Part shown: positions 1-9,273 of the stretch, piece by piece
How the letters are laid out: each line of letters starts with the position of its first letter
How positions within the stretch are numbered: the first letter of the stretch is position 1
Assembly (NCBI GenBank): GCA_044356295.1
Contig: JBIKWN010000030.1
Location: 1 to 29,623 of the forward strand
Source: Bdellovibrionota bacterium
GTDB lineage: Bacteria; Bdellovibrionota_C; UBA2361; JBIKWN01
Length of the DNA stretch: 29,623 nt
Reading direction: 5' to 3'
The notes under the pieces: model-generated
Database searches by the model: none
What the model saw: the letters and a program-made list of their open reading frames with translations, nothing else
What the model was told of the DNA's origin: nothing
Translations under genes and position numbers: made by a program

Positions 1-519
1 TTTAAGATTCTTTCTAACATAAGCAAGATAAATCTCATGTAGCTGATCGTTAAATCTTGTTTCTTCAGCTTTATAAAAGTCAGCATTTATAAATATTCCG
101 TCTTTGACGAGCCATTTTGAAATTTTTCTAAACAGAACCTCTTTCTGTTGTGCTGTTAAATTATGAATAGTTACTGCAGAAATAATACAGTCAAAGGTAC
201 AATCGAATTCGAGATCCCAAATATCCTTCAAAAGAAATGAGTAGCTGTCATCATTTGTGTTCTTTCGAGCTTTTTCAAGCATCCGCTCTGAGAAATCGAC
301 ACCAAGAATTTTTGCATGAGGATGAGCAGCTTTTAGAAGCTGCATTCCATGAGCAGTACCGCAGCCAAGATCAAGTGCATGGGTAATTGTAGAGCGAAGA
401 GTTTTTGTAGGTTCAATCAGTGCGTTATGAAGCTCATCATTTTTGATAACAACAGCATCGACGACAGTATCATAGTCATCGACGGTATTTGAGAAGTGAT
501 TGAAGGCGTGGCTTGTCAT
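1..519 (-). CDS. Class I SAM-dependent methyltransferase (CmoA/Methyltransf_25-like), 3' end runs off the window
   Basis: Not in the ORF track. Manual translation from ATG at 519 gives MTSHAFNHFSNTVDDYD...ALDLGCGTAHG...ILGVDFSERML...FDCIISAVTIHNL...DGIFINADF, open to position 1. Motif I (LDLGCG) and the following GVDFS motif are clear. Confidence 0.88.
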   Translation of the reverse strand, partial: MTSHAFNHFSNTVDDYDTVVDAVVIKNDELHNALIEPTKTLRSTITHALDLGCGTAHGMQLLKAAHPHAKILGVDFSERMLEKARKNTNDDSYSFLLKDIWDLEFDCTFDCIISAVTIHNLTAQQKEVLFRKISKWLVKDGIFINADFYKAEETRFNDQLHEIYLAYVRKNLK

Positions 520-581
520 TGAGTTTTTAATAATACTAATTATTAGGCATTTTTCTCAATATGATTAACGTCCCTACTCAT

Positions 582-620
582 AAAAAAAAGAGCTCCGTTG
601 ATCTTACCCAAGGAAGCTCT
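582..620 (-). terminator. Probable intrinsic terminator of glnA
   Basis: The minus strand reads AGAGCTTCCTTG-ggtaagat-CAACGGAGCTCT followed by a T run, about 30 nt after the glnA stop. Confidence 0.65.
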
Positions 621-651
621 CCTATCTGAAATGTAATACTTACTTTCTTAC

Positions 652-2091
652 TTAGAAATTACCCCACAAGTACTGATTAGTAATTTCATGATGAAATAAA
701 ACCTCGCTCGTTTTTACCATCGTTCCAAGTTCACGAGGGCAACGATCAGCAGAAGCAAGCTTTCTTTCGATGAATTTATCTTTGTTATCTTCCCCAAGAA
801 TAGAAGAAACAAAATCACTTTGTTTACAGTAACGAATCGCATCGTAAATATTTCCAGGAAGGAAACGAGTACGAGTTCTTCGTGTCTCTGAAGTAATTGT
901 TTCCGTCATAGGCCCCTCTAATCCTGTTCTTAACAGTGCATAGAACGTAATATAAGGATTCGCATCAGGAGCAACAGTTCGTACTTCAACACGAGATGAC
1001 TTTTCATTTCCAAGTGGGATTCGAATCATTGAAGTTCTATCAACTGGCGAAGACTTAATCTGATTCGGAGCTTCGAAATGTGGATCAAGTCTTCGATATG
1101 CATTCACTGATGGGTTCATGATAAGGCAGATGTCATTTGCGCTGTTAAGAATTCTGTCAACAAAATCCCATGCAAACTTAGAAAGATTCTCTTCCCCTTT
1201 AGCATCATAGAAAATGTTTACACCTTTTTGTGTAATCGACATATTCGTATGCATCCCACTTCCATTGATCCCAGCAATCGGTTTAGGAAGGAAACAAGCA
1301 GTCATACCCATATTTGCAGCGATTTGCCGTGCTGTAAGTTTGTACAGCTGAACCATATCTGCAGCTAATAATGCATCTGCATACGAGTAATTAAGCTCAA
1401 ATTGCGAAGGAGCAACTTCTGGGTGATCTTTCTCATTTTCAAAACCAAGAGCTCTTTGTGCTTCTGCAAGTTTATCAATGAAAAGTTTCAAAGGATCGTT
1501 TGGTAAGGAATGGTAATAGCCACCGCTGGAAACTAATTTAAATCCAGAGCGTGAATTAAAAGTCTGTTCAGCATTTATTCCATCGAATAAAAACCCTTCA
1601 ACTTCTACTGCAATATTTGCAATCATTCCTTTTTTAGCAAGCTGCTCTGTGTAATCTTTTAAGAGTCCACGCATGTCTGAGCTATAGAACTTTCCATCCT
1701 TATCTTTGATTAAACCAAAGACCAAGACTTTACCTGGACCAAATACATCACTTGGAAGCCACCTAAAACTTCCCCAATCAATATCGAGTCTCAAATCTGA
1801 TTCGCTTACTACTGAGAATCCACGAATAGAGGATCCATCAAAAGTTAAATTATCGTAAGATTTAAGAAGGAATTTTTTATCGTAATCCAACATATGGAAT
1901 CGACCTTCAAGGTCAGTAAAGCAAACAGTAACTGCTTTGAGCGATTTTTCATCATGAAGATATTTGAGGTAGTATTCGCGTAATTTTGTGTGATCTGGAG
2001 TTTTTAAGTATCGTTCTTTAGCTTCGAGATTCTTTTCTTCAAGAGTGTCGTAAGGTATTTCAAGAAAGGTTCTTAATGGTGCGTTTGTCAT
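652..2091 (-). CDS. glnA: Glutamine synthetase type I family
   Basis: Motifs FDGSSIRGF, EVEGFLF, HPEVAPSQFE, FLPKPIAGINGSGMH, NAYRRLDPHFEAP, RTSMIRIP and RVEVRTVAPDANPY. Confidence 0.93.
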   Translation of the reverse strand: MTNAPLRTFLEIPYDTLEEKNLEAKERYLKTPDHTKLREYYLKYLHDEKSLKAVTVCFTDLEGRFHMLDYDKKFLLKSYDNLTFDGSSIRGFSVVSESDLRLDIDWGSFRWLPSDVFGPGKVLVFGLIKDKDGKFYSSDMRGLLKDYTEQLAKKGMIANIAVEVEGFLFDGINAEQTFNSRSGFKLVSSGGYYHSLPNDPLKLFIDKLAEAQRALGFENEKDHPEVAPSQFELNYSYADALLAADMVQLYKLTARQIAANMGMTACFLPKPIAGINGSGMHTNMSITQKGVNIFYDAKGEENLSKFAWDFVDRILNSANDICLIMNPSVNAYRRLDPHFEAPNQIKSSPVDRTSMIRIPLGNEKSSRVEVRTVAPDANPYITFYALLRTGLEGPMTETITSETRRTRTRFLPGNIYDAIRYCKQSDFVSSILGEDNKDKFIERKLASADRCPRELGTMVKTSEVLFHHEITNQYLWGNF

Positions 2092-2238
2092 ATAATATAG
2101 GTTAAAAAGTTTTAGTTACCTTAAAGCATAAAATTTAAGGAATATTATAAATATTATAAAAAATACTATAAAAATGTTCAATTTAAATTTAATTCACAGA
2201 CTTTTTATTATAAAAACCAGTGTTTTAGTGATATTTTC

Positions 2239-3189
2239 ATGATTGAAGAGGTCCTCTGGCAGGGAGTGAAAATTTTCGAGCTCCAAAATTCAAGGCTACG
2301 GGCTCGCATATCACCTTTTCATGGAGCTAATCTATTTGATTTATTGGATAAAAAGCATAATTTTTCTTTACTAAGAGTCCCTCAAAGCTTGCAAGACTTG
2401 GTTGAACGCCCTCAGTTTTTTGGCATCCCAAACCTTTTTCCTCCAAATCGCATAAAAAACGGAAAATTTATCTGGAACTCAGAACGCTTTGAGTTTCCTA
2501 GAAATGATGAAGCAGGAAATCATATTCATGGTGTCTTGATGGATAAAGAGTGGCGGTTTTCTCATCTCGATGACAGTGATGATAAAACCTCACTAACACT
2601 TACTCTTGATGTAGTTGATCATCTTGAATGTTATCAAGCATTAAAACGAAAATTAAAATTTAGTATTACAATTACTTTAGAAGATGCAGTTTGTAAGCAC
2701 CGTTTTTTAGTTGAGAACCTTGATGTAAAAGATATTCCAATTGGTTATGGAGCTCATACGTGGTTTAACTTGGAAGGAGGAAGAGACGTATGGTCACTGA
2801 TAGTCCCCTTTGAAAAAGTTTGGGAGCTCGATGAAGAAATTCTACCAACTGGAGACTTCTTATCAGGAGAAAGAATTAGAGAACTCACAACCGGGATGCC
2901 TTTAAGAGATAAAACATTCGATACTATTCTTTATCGTGGACCGAACGATGCTTCAGTGCTTTTACAATCTAATACCGGATACAGAATAAATTACTGCGTG
3001 AGTGATAACTTCAAGCATTGGGTATTACATACACCTGATAACGATCTATCCTCGATTGCCATTGAGCCCTATAGCTGGATTACAAATGCTCCAAATCTGT
3101 CTCTTGGAGGTGATGTTACTGGGCTTATAGTTTTACGCTCTGGAAGCAGCATTGAATTTGTGCAGGAAATATCAGTGAGCACCATTTAG
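2239..3189 (+). CDS. Aldose 1-epimerase / galactose mutarotase-like protein
   Basis: GIPNLFPPNRI, NHIHG, GYGAHTWF, LPTG and IAIEP motifs, including the catalytic His and Glu. Confidence 0.85.
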   Translation: MIEEVLWQGVKIFELQNSRLRARISPFHGANLFDLLDKKHNFSLLRVPQSLQDLVERPQFFGIPNLFPPNRIKNGKFIWNSERFEFPRNDEAGNHIHGVLMDKEWRFSHLDDSDDKTSLTLTLDVVDHLECYQALKRKLKFSITITLEDAVCKHRFLVENLDVKDIPIGYGAHTWFNLEGGRDVWSLIVPFEKVWELDEEILPTGDFLSGERIRELTTGMPLRDKTFDTILYRGPNDASVLLQSNTGYRINYCVSDNFKHWVLHTPDNDLSSIAIEPYSWITNAPNLSLGGDVTGLIVLRSGSSIEFVQEISVSTI

Positions 3190-3204
3190 CAGGATTTTTC
3201 ATTC

Positions 3205-4023
3205 ATGCCACAACTCGACACTTGGTTTTCAAGTTCCGTGACACTTCCTTGGGAGATATCTGAGGAGTCTCCTTGGAATGAAAAAAAAGGAAAGCCGTTT
3301 AAAACATTTCCATTATCTTGGTTAGTTCCATATTCCAATCCAAGGATTGAAGATCTGCGTGATACGTCTACCCCAATTTGGATAACAGAGATCCATCCTT
3401 CAAATCCTTTAGGAACGTTGGTAGAAGATCAAGAAGGAACATTTATTATAGATTTACCAAGTTCGATTGATTTTTATTTTGAATCTCTAGAACCAAAAGA
3501 TAGAAAAAAATTTAGTGATAATTTAAAAAAGAACTCAACACTTTCTGTTGTTGAACAAAGTGTGGCTGATATAGATGCACTTTGGGGAAGTTATGTTGAT
3601 AGGCTGCAGGTTCTTGCCAAAAAAGCAGGCGGAGACATCTATTCAGAAGAAGAGATCGAATGGCGGCATCGTTTTCTTCACCAGGAATCGATTCGAGCAA
3701 TTAGTTTCTATGAAGAAAACACACTACTTGCAGTCAATATTGCACTTGTAAAGAATGACATTGTCTACGATTTAGCCTGTATTATTAACCAGGTCCCATC
3801 AGCCCTTAAAAGATCTTTAGGAACTACAGCAATTCTTAAAAATATCGAATGGTCTATTCGAAACGGGTATAAGACGTATGACCTACTTTCCCGAGATTAT
3901 GGATATAAGAGGCAGTTCGGAGCGAAAGAAGTTAAGTTAAAAGCAGTCATCATTGGAGATGATGATTTCTTTGATGAATACTCTATATCAAAAGATCTTC
4001 GTTGGAACCCGCAAAGCTCGTAA
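3205..4023 (+). CDS. GNAT-superfamily (Acetyltransf_6/FemAB-like) acyltransferase, paralog 1
   Basis: C-terminal KRSLGTTAILKNIEWSIRNGYKTYDLLSRDYGYKRQFGAK is a typical GNAT motif A/B region; IIDLPSSIDFYFESL is the Acetyltransf_6-type entry motif. Confidence 0.7.
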   Translation: MPQLDTWFSSSVTLPWEISEESPWNEKKGKPFKTFPLSWLVPYSNPRIEDLRDTSTPIWITEIHPSNPLGTLVEDQEGTFIIDLPSSIDFYFESLEPKDRKKFSDNLKKNSTLSVVEQSVADIDALWGSYVDRLQVLAKKAGGDIYSEEEIEWRHRFLHQESIRAISFYEENTLLAVNIALVKNDIVYDLACIINQVPSALKRSLGTTAILKNIEWSIRNGYKTYDLLSRDYGYKRQFGAKEVKLKAVIIGDDDFFDEYSISKDLRWNPQSS

Positions 4024-4075
4024 ACTCTATTAGATCTTTTGCATTTTGATATAAGAAGTCTATCATTTGAATGCA

Positions 4076-5335
4076 ATGGAAATGAAAAAAGAGATAGCAG
4101 CAATCAGGAAAAAAATTATTGCAGATCCTAGATGTAATACCGAAAAACCGGTCTATATCTTCGATCAGAATGAACTAATTAAAAGTGCAAAAGATTTTAC
4201 GAAAGCTTTTAAAGAAAATGGATTACAAGTACATCCATACTACGCACTTAAATCAAATCCTTATCCTAAAATTGTATCTACTCTCGCGAAGTTGAATATT
4301 GGTGTTGATGTATCGAGCGAACACGAGCTTTTAATTGCCAAAAAAGCAAAAGCTAAAAAAATCATCGTAACTGGGCCAGGTAAGACAGAAGTTTTTTTTC
4401 AAGCGATAAAGAAAACTTCAGCAGTACAGATTGTCTATTTAGAAAGTATTCAAGAGCTCTTAAGTTTTAAAAAAGTTTTTAAAAATTCCAAACCACCTTT
4501 TTTAGTTGGGGTTCGTATTGTTCCTACTGCATATGCATCGTGGGATAAATTTGGGATTTCCTTAAATGAACTCTCATCATTTCTTAAACTAGCGTTAAAG
4601 CATTGTGTTTTGATTGAAGCGATTCAATTTCATATTTCCTATGTAAAAGATAAAAAAACACATGCAAAAGCATTGCGCGAACTCGCAGCTGTTGGTGAAA
4701 AATTAAAAAAGCATGAAGGTAATGTTATTAAGGTTATTGATATAGGAGGAGGATTTTCTCCTCAAACTATAGAGGGTGATTATCCATGGAATCCAAAGGG
4801 ATTTAGTCTGTTTGATATAGATCCTATTAAAGCTAAGATTCTGAATCTTACCAAAGGGAAAAGGGCTAAGTTTTCAAAGCCTGATACCTTAAGTAGTATG
4901 GCAAAAGAAATTGCTTTAGTTTGGTTCAGCAAAATTCAAAAATATTTCCCGACAGCAAAACTTTGTGCCGAACCTGGAAGATATTTATCGCATCGGTGCA
5001 TGCATATACTTTTAAAAATTGTTGATAAAAAAAGCCCAACAACAGTAATTTTAAATGGTGGCTGGAATATGCTTGGGTGGGAAAAGTATCAATATATATC
5101 GTACGTTCCCGTTTTTAATATTGATAATTTCTCTTTAACGCGGGAACAACCCTGCATTCTTTATGGTAATTTGTGTTTACCTGATGATATCTGGGGCTAT
5201 TATCTTTTTGGCTCTAAGATTCAGATTGGTGACAGGATTTTGATTCCTTTCCAGGGTGCTTATACCTATACGTACCGTCAGGAATTTATTCGAGGTATTC
5301 CAAACGTAATTGATTGGCAAGGAGCATCACGCTAA
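4076..5335 (+). CDS. PLP-dependent group IV decarboxylase (diaminopimelate/ornithine/lysine decarboxylase family), substrate uncertain
   Basis: YYALKSNP (PLP Lys), TGPGKT, DKFG, IDIGGGF, EPGRYL, GNLCLPDD and GAYT. The start could be TTG 4067, ATG 4076 or ATG 4082. Confidence 0.85.
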   Translation: MEMKKEIAAIRKKIIADPRCNTEKPVYIFDQNELIKSAKDFTKAFKENGLQVHPYYALKSNPYPKIVSTLAKLNIGVDVSSEHELLIAKKAKAKKIIVTGPGKTEVFFQAIKKTSAVQIVYLESIQELLSFKKVFKNSKPPFLVGVRIVPTAYASWDKFGISLNELSSFLKLALKHCVLIEAIQFHISYVKDKKTHAKALRELAAVGEKLKKHEGNVIKVIDIGGGFSPQTIEGDYPWNPKGFSLFDIDPIKAKILNLTKGKRAKFSKPDTLSSMAKEIALVWFSKIQKYFPTAKLCAEPGRYLSHRCMHILLKIVDKKSPTTVILNGGWNMLGWEKYQYISYVPVFNIDNFSLTREQPCILYGNLCLPDDIWGYYLFGSKIQIGDRILIPFQGAYTYTYRQEFIRGIPNVIDWQGASR

Positions 5336-6159
5336 TGCCGTTAATTAGCGAATGGTTAGAGACTCCAATTGAGCTTTCTTGGGAGCAAGAATCTGTTGCT
5401 TACCATTATAACAGTCAAAAAGGGGAGCCGTATGCTTCGTTTCCTATGACCGGACTAACACCTATAAATATCGTTAACGAAGAAGACTTAAAAGATGCTC
5501 CTGAGCCTTTATGGATTACGTATCTTGAACCAGAGGATGGTATTGGAACTTTAGATTCAAAAGGGGACATGACCTACCGACTGGATCTACCTCAGAGCTT
5601 TGAGCAGTACATTGAGAGTCTTGATTATGATTCCCGAAAAGAGATGAGGTATGTCCTACGTAAAAATCAAGATTTAATAGTTCTTGAAAATCAAAAAGAA
5701 GATCTCTTAGCGGTTTGTGATGGGCATTTCGAAACTATTCGAAACCGATGCATAGAAGAAGGAGAGACTCCTTTTTCACTAGAGGGAATTGATATATTAA
5801 AGAAAATCTATGCAACCCCTCTATGTTATTCACTTTCTTTTATAGATTCTACTTCAAAAAAGCTTCTCGGAGTGAATGTAAGTTTCAGAAGAAAGGGCAT
5901 TGTCTATGACAGTGTCTGCATACGTCCTGAAAATGAGCTCTCGAAGAAGCGATCTCTTGGGACCTATGCGATTCTTAAAAATATTGAATATGCAATCAGA
6001 GACAAGCAGCGGATCTATGACATGCTTGTAGGTGAATGGGGATACAAGCCAAAGTTTGGAGCTAAAGCTGTACCGATGAGGCATATCATTCGTTGTTCAC
6101 GACAATTTGCAGATTCATACGGAATTCCACATCAAGATGTAGATCGGTTCAGCGAATAG
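5335..6159 (+). CDS. GNAT-superfamily acyltransferase, paralog 2
   Basis: KRSLGTYAILKNIEYAIRDKQRIYDMLVGEWGYKPKFGAK closely matches paralog 1. Start moved to ATG 5335 because of the TAATG overlap with the decarboxylase stop and because MPLISEW aligns with MPQLDTW. Confidence 0.7.
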   Translation: MPLISEWLETPIELSWEQESVAYHYNSQKGEPYASFPMTGLTPINIVNEEDLKDAPEPLWITYLEPEDGIGTLDSKGDMTYRLDLPQSFEQYIESLDYDSRKEMRYVLRKNQDLIVLENQKEDLLAVCDGHFETIRNRCIEEGETPFSLEGIDILKKIYATPLCYSLSFIDSTSKKLLGVNVSFRRKGIVYDSVCIRPENELSKKRSLGTYAILKNIEYAIRDKQRIYDMLVGEWGYKPKFGAKAVPMRHIIRCSRQFADSYGIPHQDVDRFSE

Positions 6160-6289
6160 CGAAACTCTTCATTGAGTTCTTGCACCATTACACAGGAAGA
6201 CTAAAATGATTTTTTTAAGTGTTTGCAGAATACGTTAATTTGTTATGCTCTCACTTGAGCTTTAATTTATTTACCCTCTATTTTATTCC

Positions 6290-8674
6290 ATGAGCCGCGA
6301 CGATACCCTTACTGCTAAAACTCTTCTGTTTGTAAACTCTGGAGGAAAGAAGAAAAAATTTACTCTTGAAATCGCAAGACGAACAGGCGCACAAATCATC
6401 CTCCTTGGCCCTGAACTTGATGTTCCTAAAAAATTAGTAGATTTCTTTATTCAAGTTGATAACTACAATCACACTGAATGTATAGAGAAACTACAAACAT
6501 TTCTCGAAGAGCACCCTAGTATTTATATCGATGGTGCAATTACTTTTTGGGAAGACGATGTGCCACTTCTTTCTAGACTTTGTGAGCATTTTGGATTTAT
6601 TGGAAATAGCTATCAAACTGCAATAAATACTCGGAATAAATACGAGATGAGGAAGCGCCTTCGAGAAACTGGACTTGGCAGTCCTGAGTTCCATCTTTTG
6701 CAGTCAAAGGATGACCTAGAAGATGCAATGCATTTTATTGGGTTTCCCGCTGTGATGAAGCCTGTATGGGGAGCTGATAGCCAGTTCGTCGTTATGGTGA
6801 AAGATGAAGAGGAAGCAAAGGCGACCTATGAGTATTTTCAGAAAAACTGTAATGAACAGTACGATCCAATATTTAAATACAATGAAAATCAGTATCTGTA
6901 TGAAGAGTATTTAGATGGAACAGAGATTAGCCTTGAGTGCTATTCCCAGTTTGGAATTCCTCATGTCCTAGGAATAAATGAGAAGCAACCGATTCAGCCT
7001 CCTTATTTTATTGAATACGGCGATATTGCCCCTGCACGTCTTACGGAAGATATAGAACAAGAAGTCATTAAGCTTGCAGAGAGTTCACTGATTGCCCTGG
7101 GTGTTCAAAATTCACTTTCACATATTGAATTAAAGATTACATCAGACGGACCTAAACTTATCGAAGTAGCCTCTAGAATGGGTGGTGATGATATTTACCT
7201 AAACGTAAAAACCGTTTGGGGCTTTGACATGCTAAAGATTGGATTCCAAGTTGCTTGTGGAATCAAAGTTGAAAATAAGAAAAGAGAAGCACATGACATT
7301 GTAATTTGTCGTTATTTTATTCCAGAGTACTCAGGAATAATTACAAATATCTCTGGCACAAAAGAATGCAAAGAGATGAAAAACGTCCTCGATCTTGTGA
7401 TATCAAAAGACGTAGGTGATGCCGTTTTCGTTCCACCAGAAGGTTACGAAAATATGGGATGGATTGTCGCAAAGGGGCGGTCTTACCAGGAAGCTGAAAC
7501 TGTGATGGACCGAGCGATAAAGAAGCTTGAAATCAACGTAACAAGATTTCGAAAAGGATCGAATCTTAAGCCAAGAATTGGTACTGAATCATTAAGCACT
7601 GCACCACTCATAAGACGTCAATTAATGCGAGCTGCAAAAATTCAGAGAATTAGAAGTTTTGATGCATTAAAAAAACTTCATATCGGAATACTTGCAAACA
7701 CGCTTTCAGTGAGCGAAGGGGATAAGCTTTCAAAAAATAGTGATTGCGAACTTATAAAATCACTACTCGATGCTCGCGGATATAAAGTTTCTTTGTTTGA
7801 TATGAGTGAATCACCAATTCCACTCAGAAAATTACAAAGAATGAATCTCGATTTTGTTCTAAACCTGTGTGAGTCAATCTATAACTCAATGAGTATGGAG
7901 CCACACGCTGCAGCACTCATGGATCTTTTGCAGATCCCTTATACTGGGTCATCTTCAGCTACTATTTCACAGTGCATGGATAAGATTACTGTTAAAAAAC
8001 TTTTTCAGTACCATGAAATTCCAACTCCAGCATGGGACTATGTCTATAGTATGGATGAGGTTATTCGTGACGATCTGCATTTTCCACTTATTGTAAAACC
8101 AGCAGATACGGATAATTCATACGGTATCACAAATCAGTCCGTCGTGAAGAACCGTGCTGAGCTTAAAAAACAACTCCATGCGGTTATTGTCGGACTTGGA
8201 CGTCCTGCATTAATTGAAGAGTTTATCGATGGCGATGAATTTGACGTTTGTATTCTTGGAAGTGGTGAAGATGTTCGTGTGCTGCCACCTATTCGTTCAA
8301 TATTTGATAGAATGCCAAAAGGGTACTGGCATATATATGCTCAATCTTCAAAAACTGAGAATGGGGATCCTGCATATGATGCGATTAGAGTTGAGAAGCA
8401 CCCAAAGATTTCAAAAAAGTTAGCATCGCTTATTAATAATATTGCACTCGATGTGTATTCTCTTTTTGATTGTCTTGATTACGGTAAAGTTGAGATTAGA
8501 GTAGACAAGCAAGGAAATCCTTACGTTTTAGAAGTCAATCCAAATCCTCCGATTGGAAAAGAAGACTTTATGGCAATTGCTGCTAAAACTGATGGATATG
8601 ATTATGGTGATTTTATTGAAGAGATATTATACCGAGCCGTCGATCGATACCGTCAAAAGCCACTCGTTCGGTAA
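6290..8674 (+). CDS. Tandem double ATP-grasp ligase: N-terminal L-amino-acid-ligase-like module and C-terminal D-Ala-D-Ala-ligase-like module
   Basis: Module 1: RNKYEMR, FPAVMKP, EEYLDGTEISLE, HIELK, IEVASRMGG. Module 2: DFVLNLCE, IPYTGS, MDKITVK, FPLIVKP, LIEEFIDG, LEVNPNP. Confidence 0.85.
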   Translation: MSRDDTLTAKTLLFVNSGGKKKKFTLEIARRTGAQIILLGPELDVPKKLVDFFIQVDNYNHTECIEKLQTFLEEHPSIYIDGAITFWEDDVPLLSRLCEHFGFIGNSYQTAINTRNKYEMRKRLRETGLGSPEFHLLQSKDDLEDAMHFIGFPAVMKPVWGADSQFVVMVKDEEEAKATYEYFQKNCNEQYDPIFKYNENQYLYEEYLDGTEISLECYSQFGIPHVLGINEKQPIQPPYFIEYGDIAPARLTEDIEQEVIKLAESSLIALGVQNSLSHIELKITSDGPKLIEVASRMGGDDIYLNVKTVWGFDMLKIGFQVACGIKVENKKREAHDIVICRYFIPEYSGIITNISGTKECKEMKNVLDLVISKDVGDAVFVPPEGYENMGWIVAKGRSYQEAETVMDRAIKKLEINVTRFRKGSNLKPRIGTESLSTAPLIRRQLMRAAKIQRIRSFDALKKLHIGILANTLSVSEGDKLSKNSDCELIKSLLDARGYKVSLFDMSESPIPLRKLQRMNLDFVLNLCESIYNSMSMEPHAAALMDLLQIPYTGSSSATISQCMDKITVKKLFQYHEIPTPAWDYVYSMDEVIRDDLHFPLIVKPADTDNSYGITNQSVVKNRAELKKQLHAVIVGLGRPALIEEFIDGDEFDVCILGSGEDVRVLPPIRSIFDRMPKGYWHIYAQSSKTENGDPAYDAIRVEKHPKISKKLASLINNIALDVYSLFDCLDYGKVEIRVDKQGNPYVLEVNPNPPIGKEDFMAIAAKTDGYDYGDFIEEILYRAVDRYRQKPLVR

Positions 8675-8683
8675 AAGATATCA

Positions 8684-9238
8684 GTGAAAAATCCTTGGAC
8701 AAAATTATCTTCGAAAGTTGTTTATCAAAACCCTTGGATTACTGTTCGCGAAGATCAAGTTTTAAAGCCAAACGGTGAACCTGGGATTTACGGTGTTGTT
8801 GAACCTCGGATTGCGACAGGGGTTGTGGCAATGACAGAAAAACAAGAGATTTATCTTGTCGGTCAATATCGTTATCCAATGGATCTTTACTCTTGGGAGA
8901 TTCCAGAGGGCGGGACTGAAGTAGGTGAAGATCCTCTTGTCGCTATCAAAAGAGAGTTAAAAGAAGAAGCCGGCATTACTGCTAAAAACTGGAAACAGCT
9001 GGGTCATGAGCTGCACTTGAGTAACTGTTTTACAAATGAGCGAGCATATCTTTATTTAGCAACAGATTTAGAAGAGGGTATGAGTTCTCCAGAAGATACT
9101 GAAGTACTAACGGTGAAAAAAATGCCAATTAGCCAAGTATTTTCAATGATCCAGAAAGGCGAGATTTTTGATGCCATGACTGTCATGGGGGTGATGATGG
9201 TGATGTCCACTCTCGGTAAAAAGGGTAATTTTTACTGA
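8684..9238 (+). CDS. NUDIX hydrolase (ADP-ribose pyrophosphatase-like)
   Basis: Nudix box GGTEVGEDPLVAIKRELKEEAG, with upstream QYRYP and WEIP. GTG start. Confidence 0.9.
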   Translation: MKNPWTKLSSKVVYQNPWITVREDQVLKPNGEPGIYGVVEPRIATGVVAMTEKQEIYLVGQYRYPMDLYSWEIPEGGTEVGEDPLVAIKRELKEEAGITAKNWKQLGHELHLSNCFTNERAYLYLATDLEEGMSSPEDTEVLTVKKMPISQVFSMIQKGEIFDAMTVMGVMMVMSTLGKKGNFY

Positions 9239-9273
9239 TTTACCGTGATTTTATCGCTGCAGACTAAATATGC

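Noticed and set aside
1..2091. Methyltransferase and glnA as part of the GNAT/ATP-grasp pathway
   Set aside because: They are on the opposite strand, a terminator separates glnA from the methyltransferase, and the GS keeps its ammonia-site residues. Proximity alone is insufficient.
4076..5335. Assigning the symbol lysA
   Set aside because: The family is clear, but motifs diverge (HISY instead of HIGSQ; CLPDD) and the context is not lysine biosynthesis.
7660..8674. Calling the C-terminal module housekeeping ddl
   Set aside because: It lacks the HG..GEDG motif, is fused to another ligase, and is not in a mur/dcw context.
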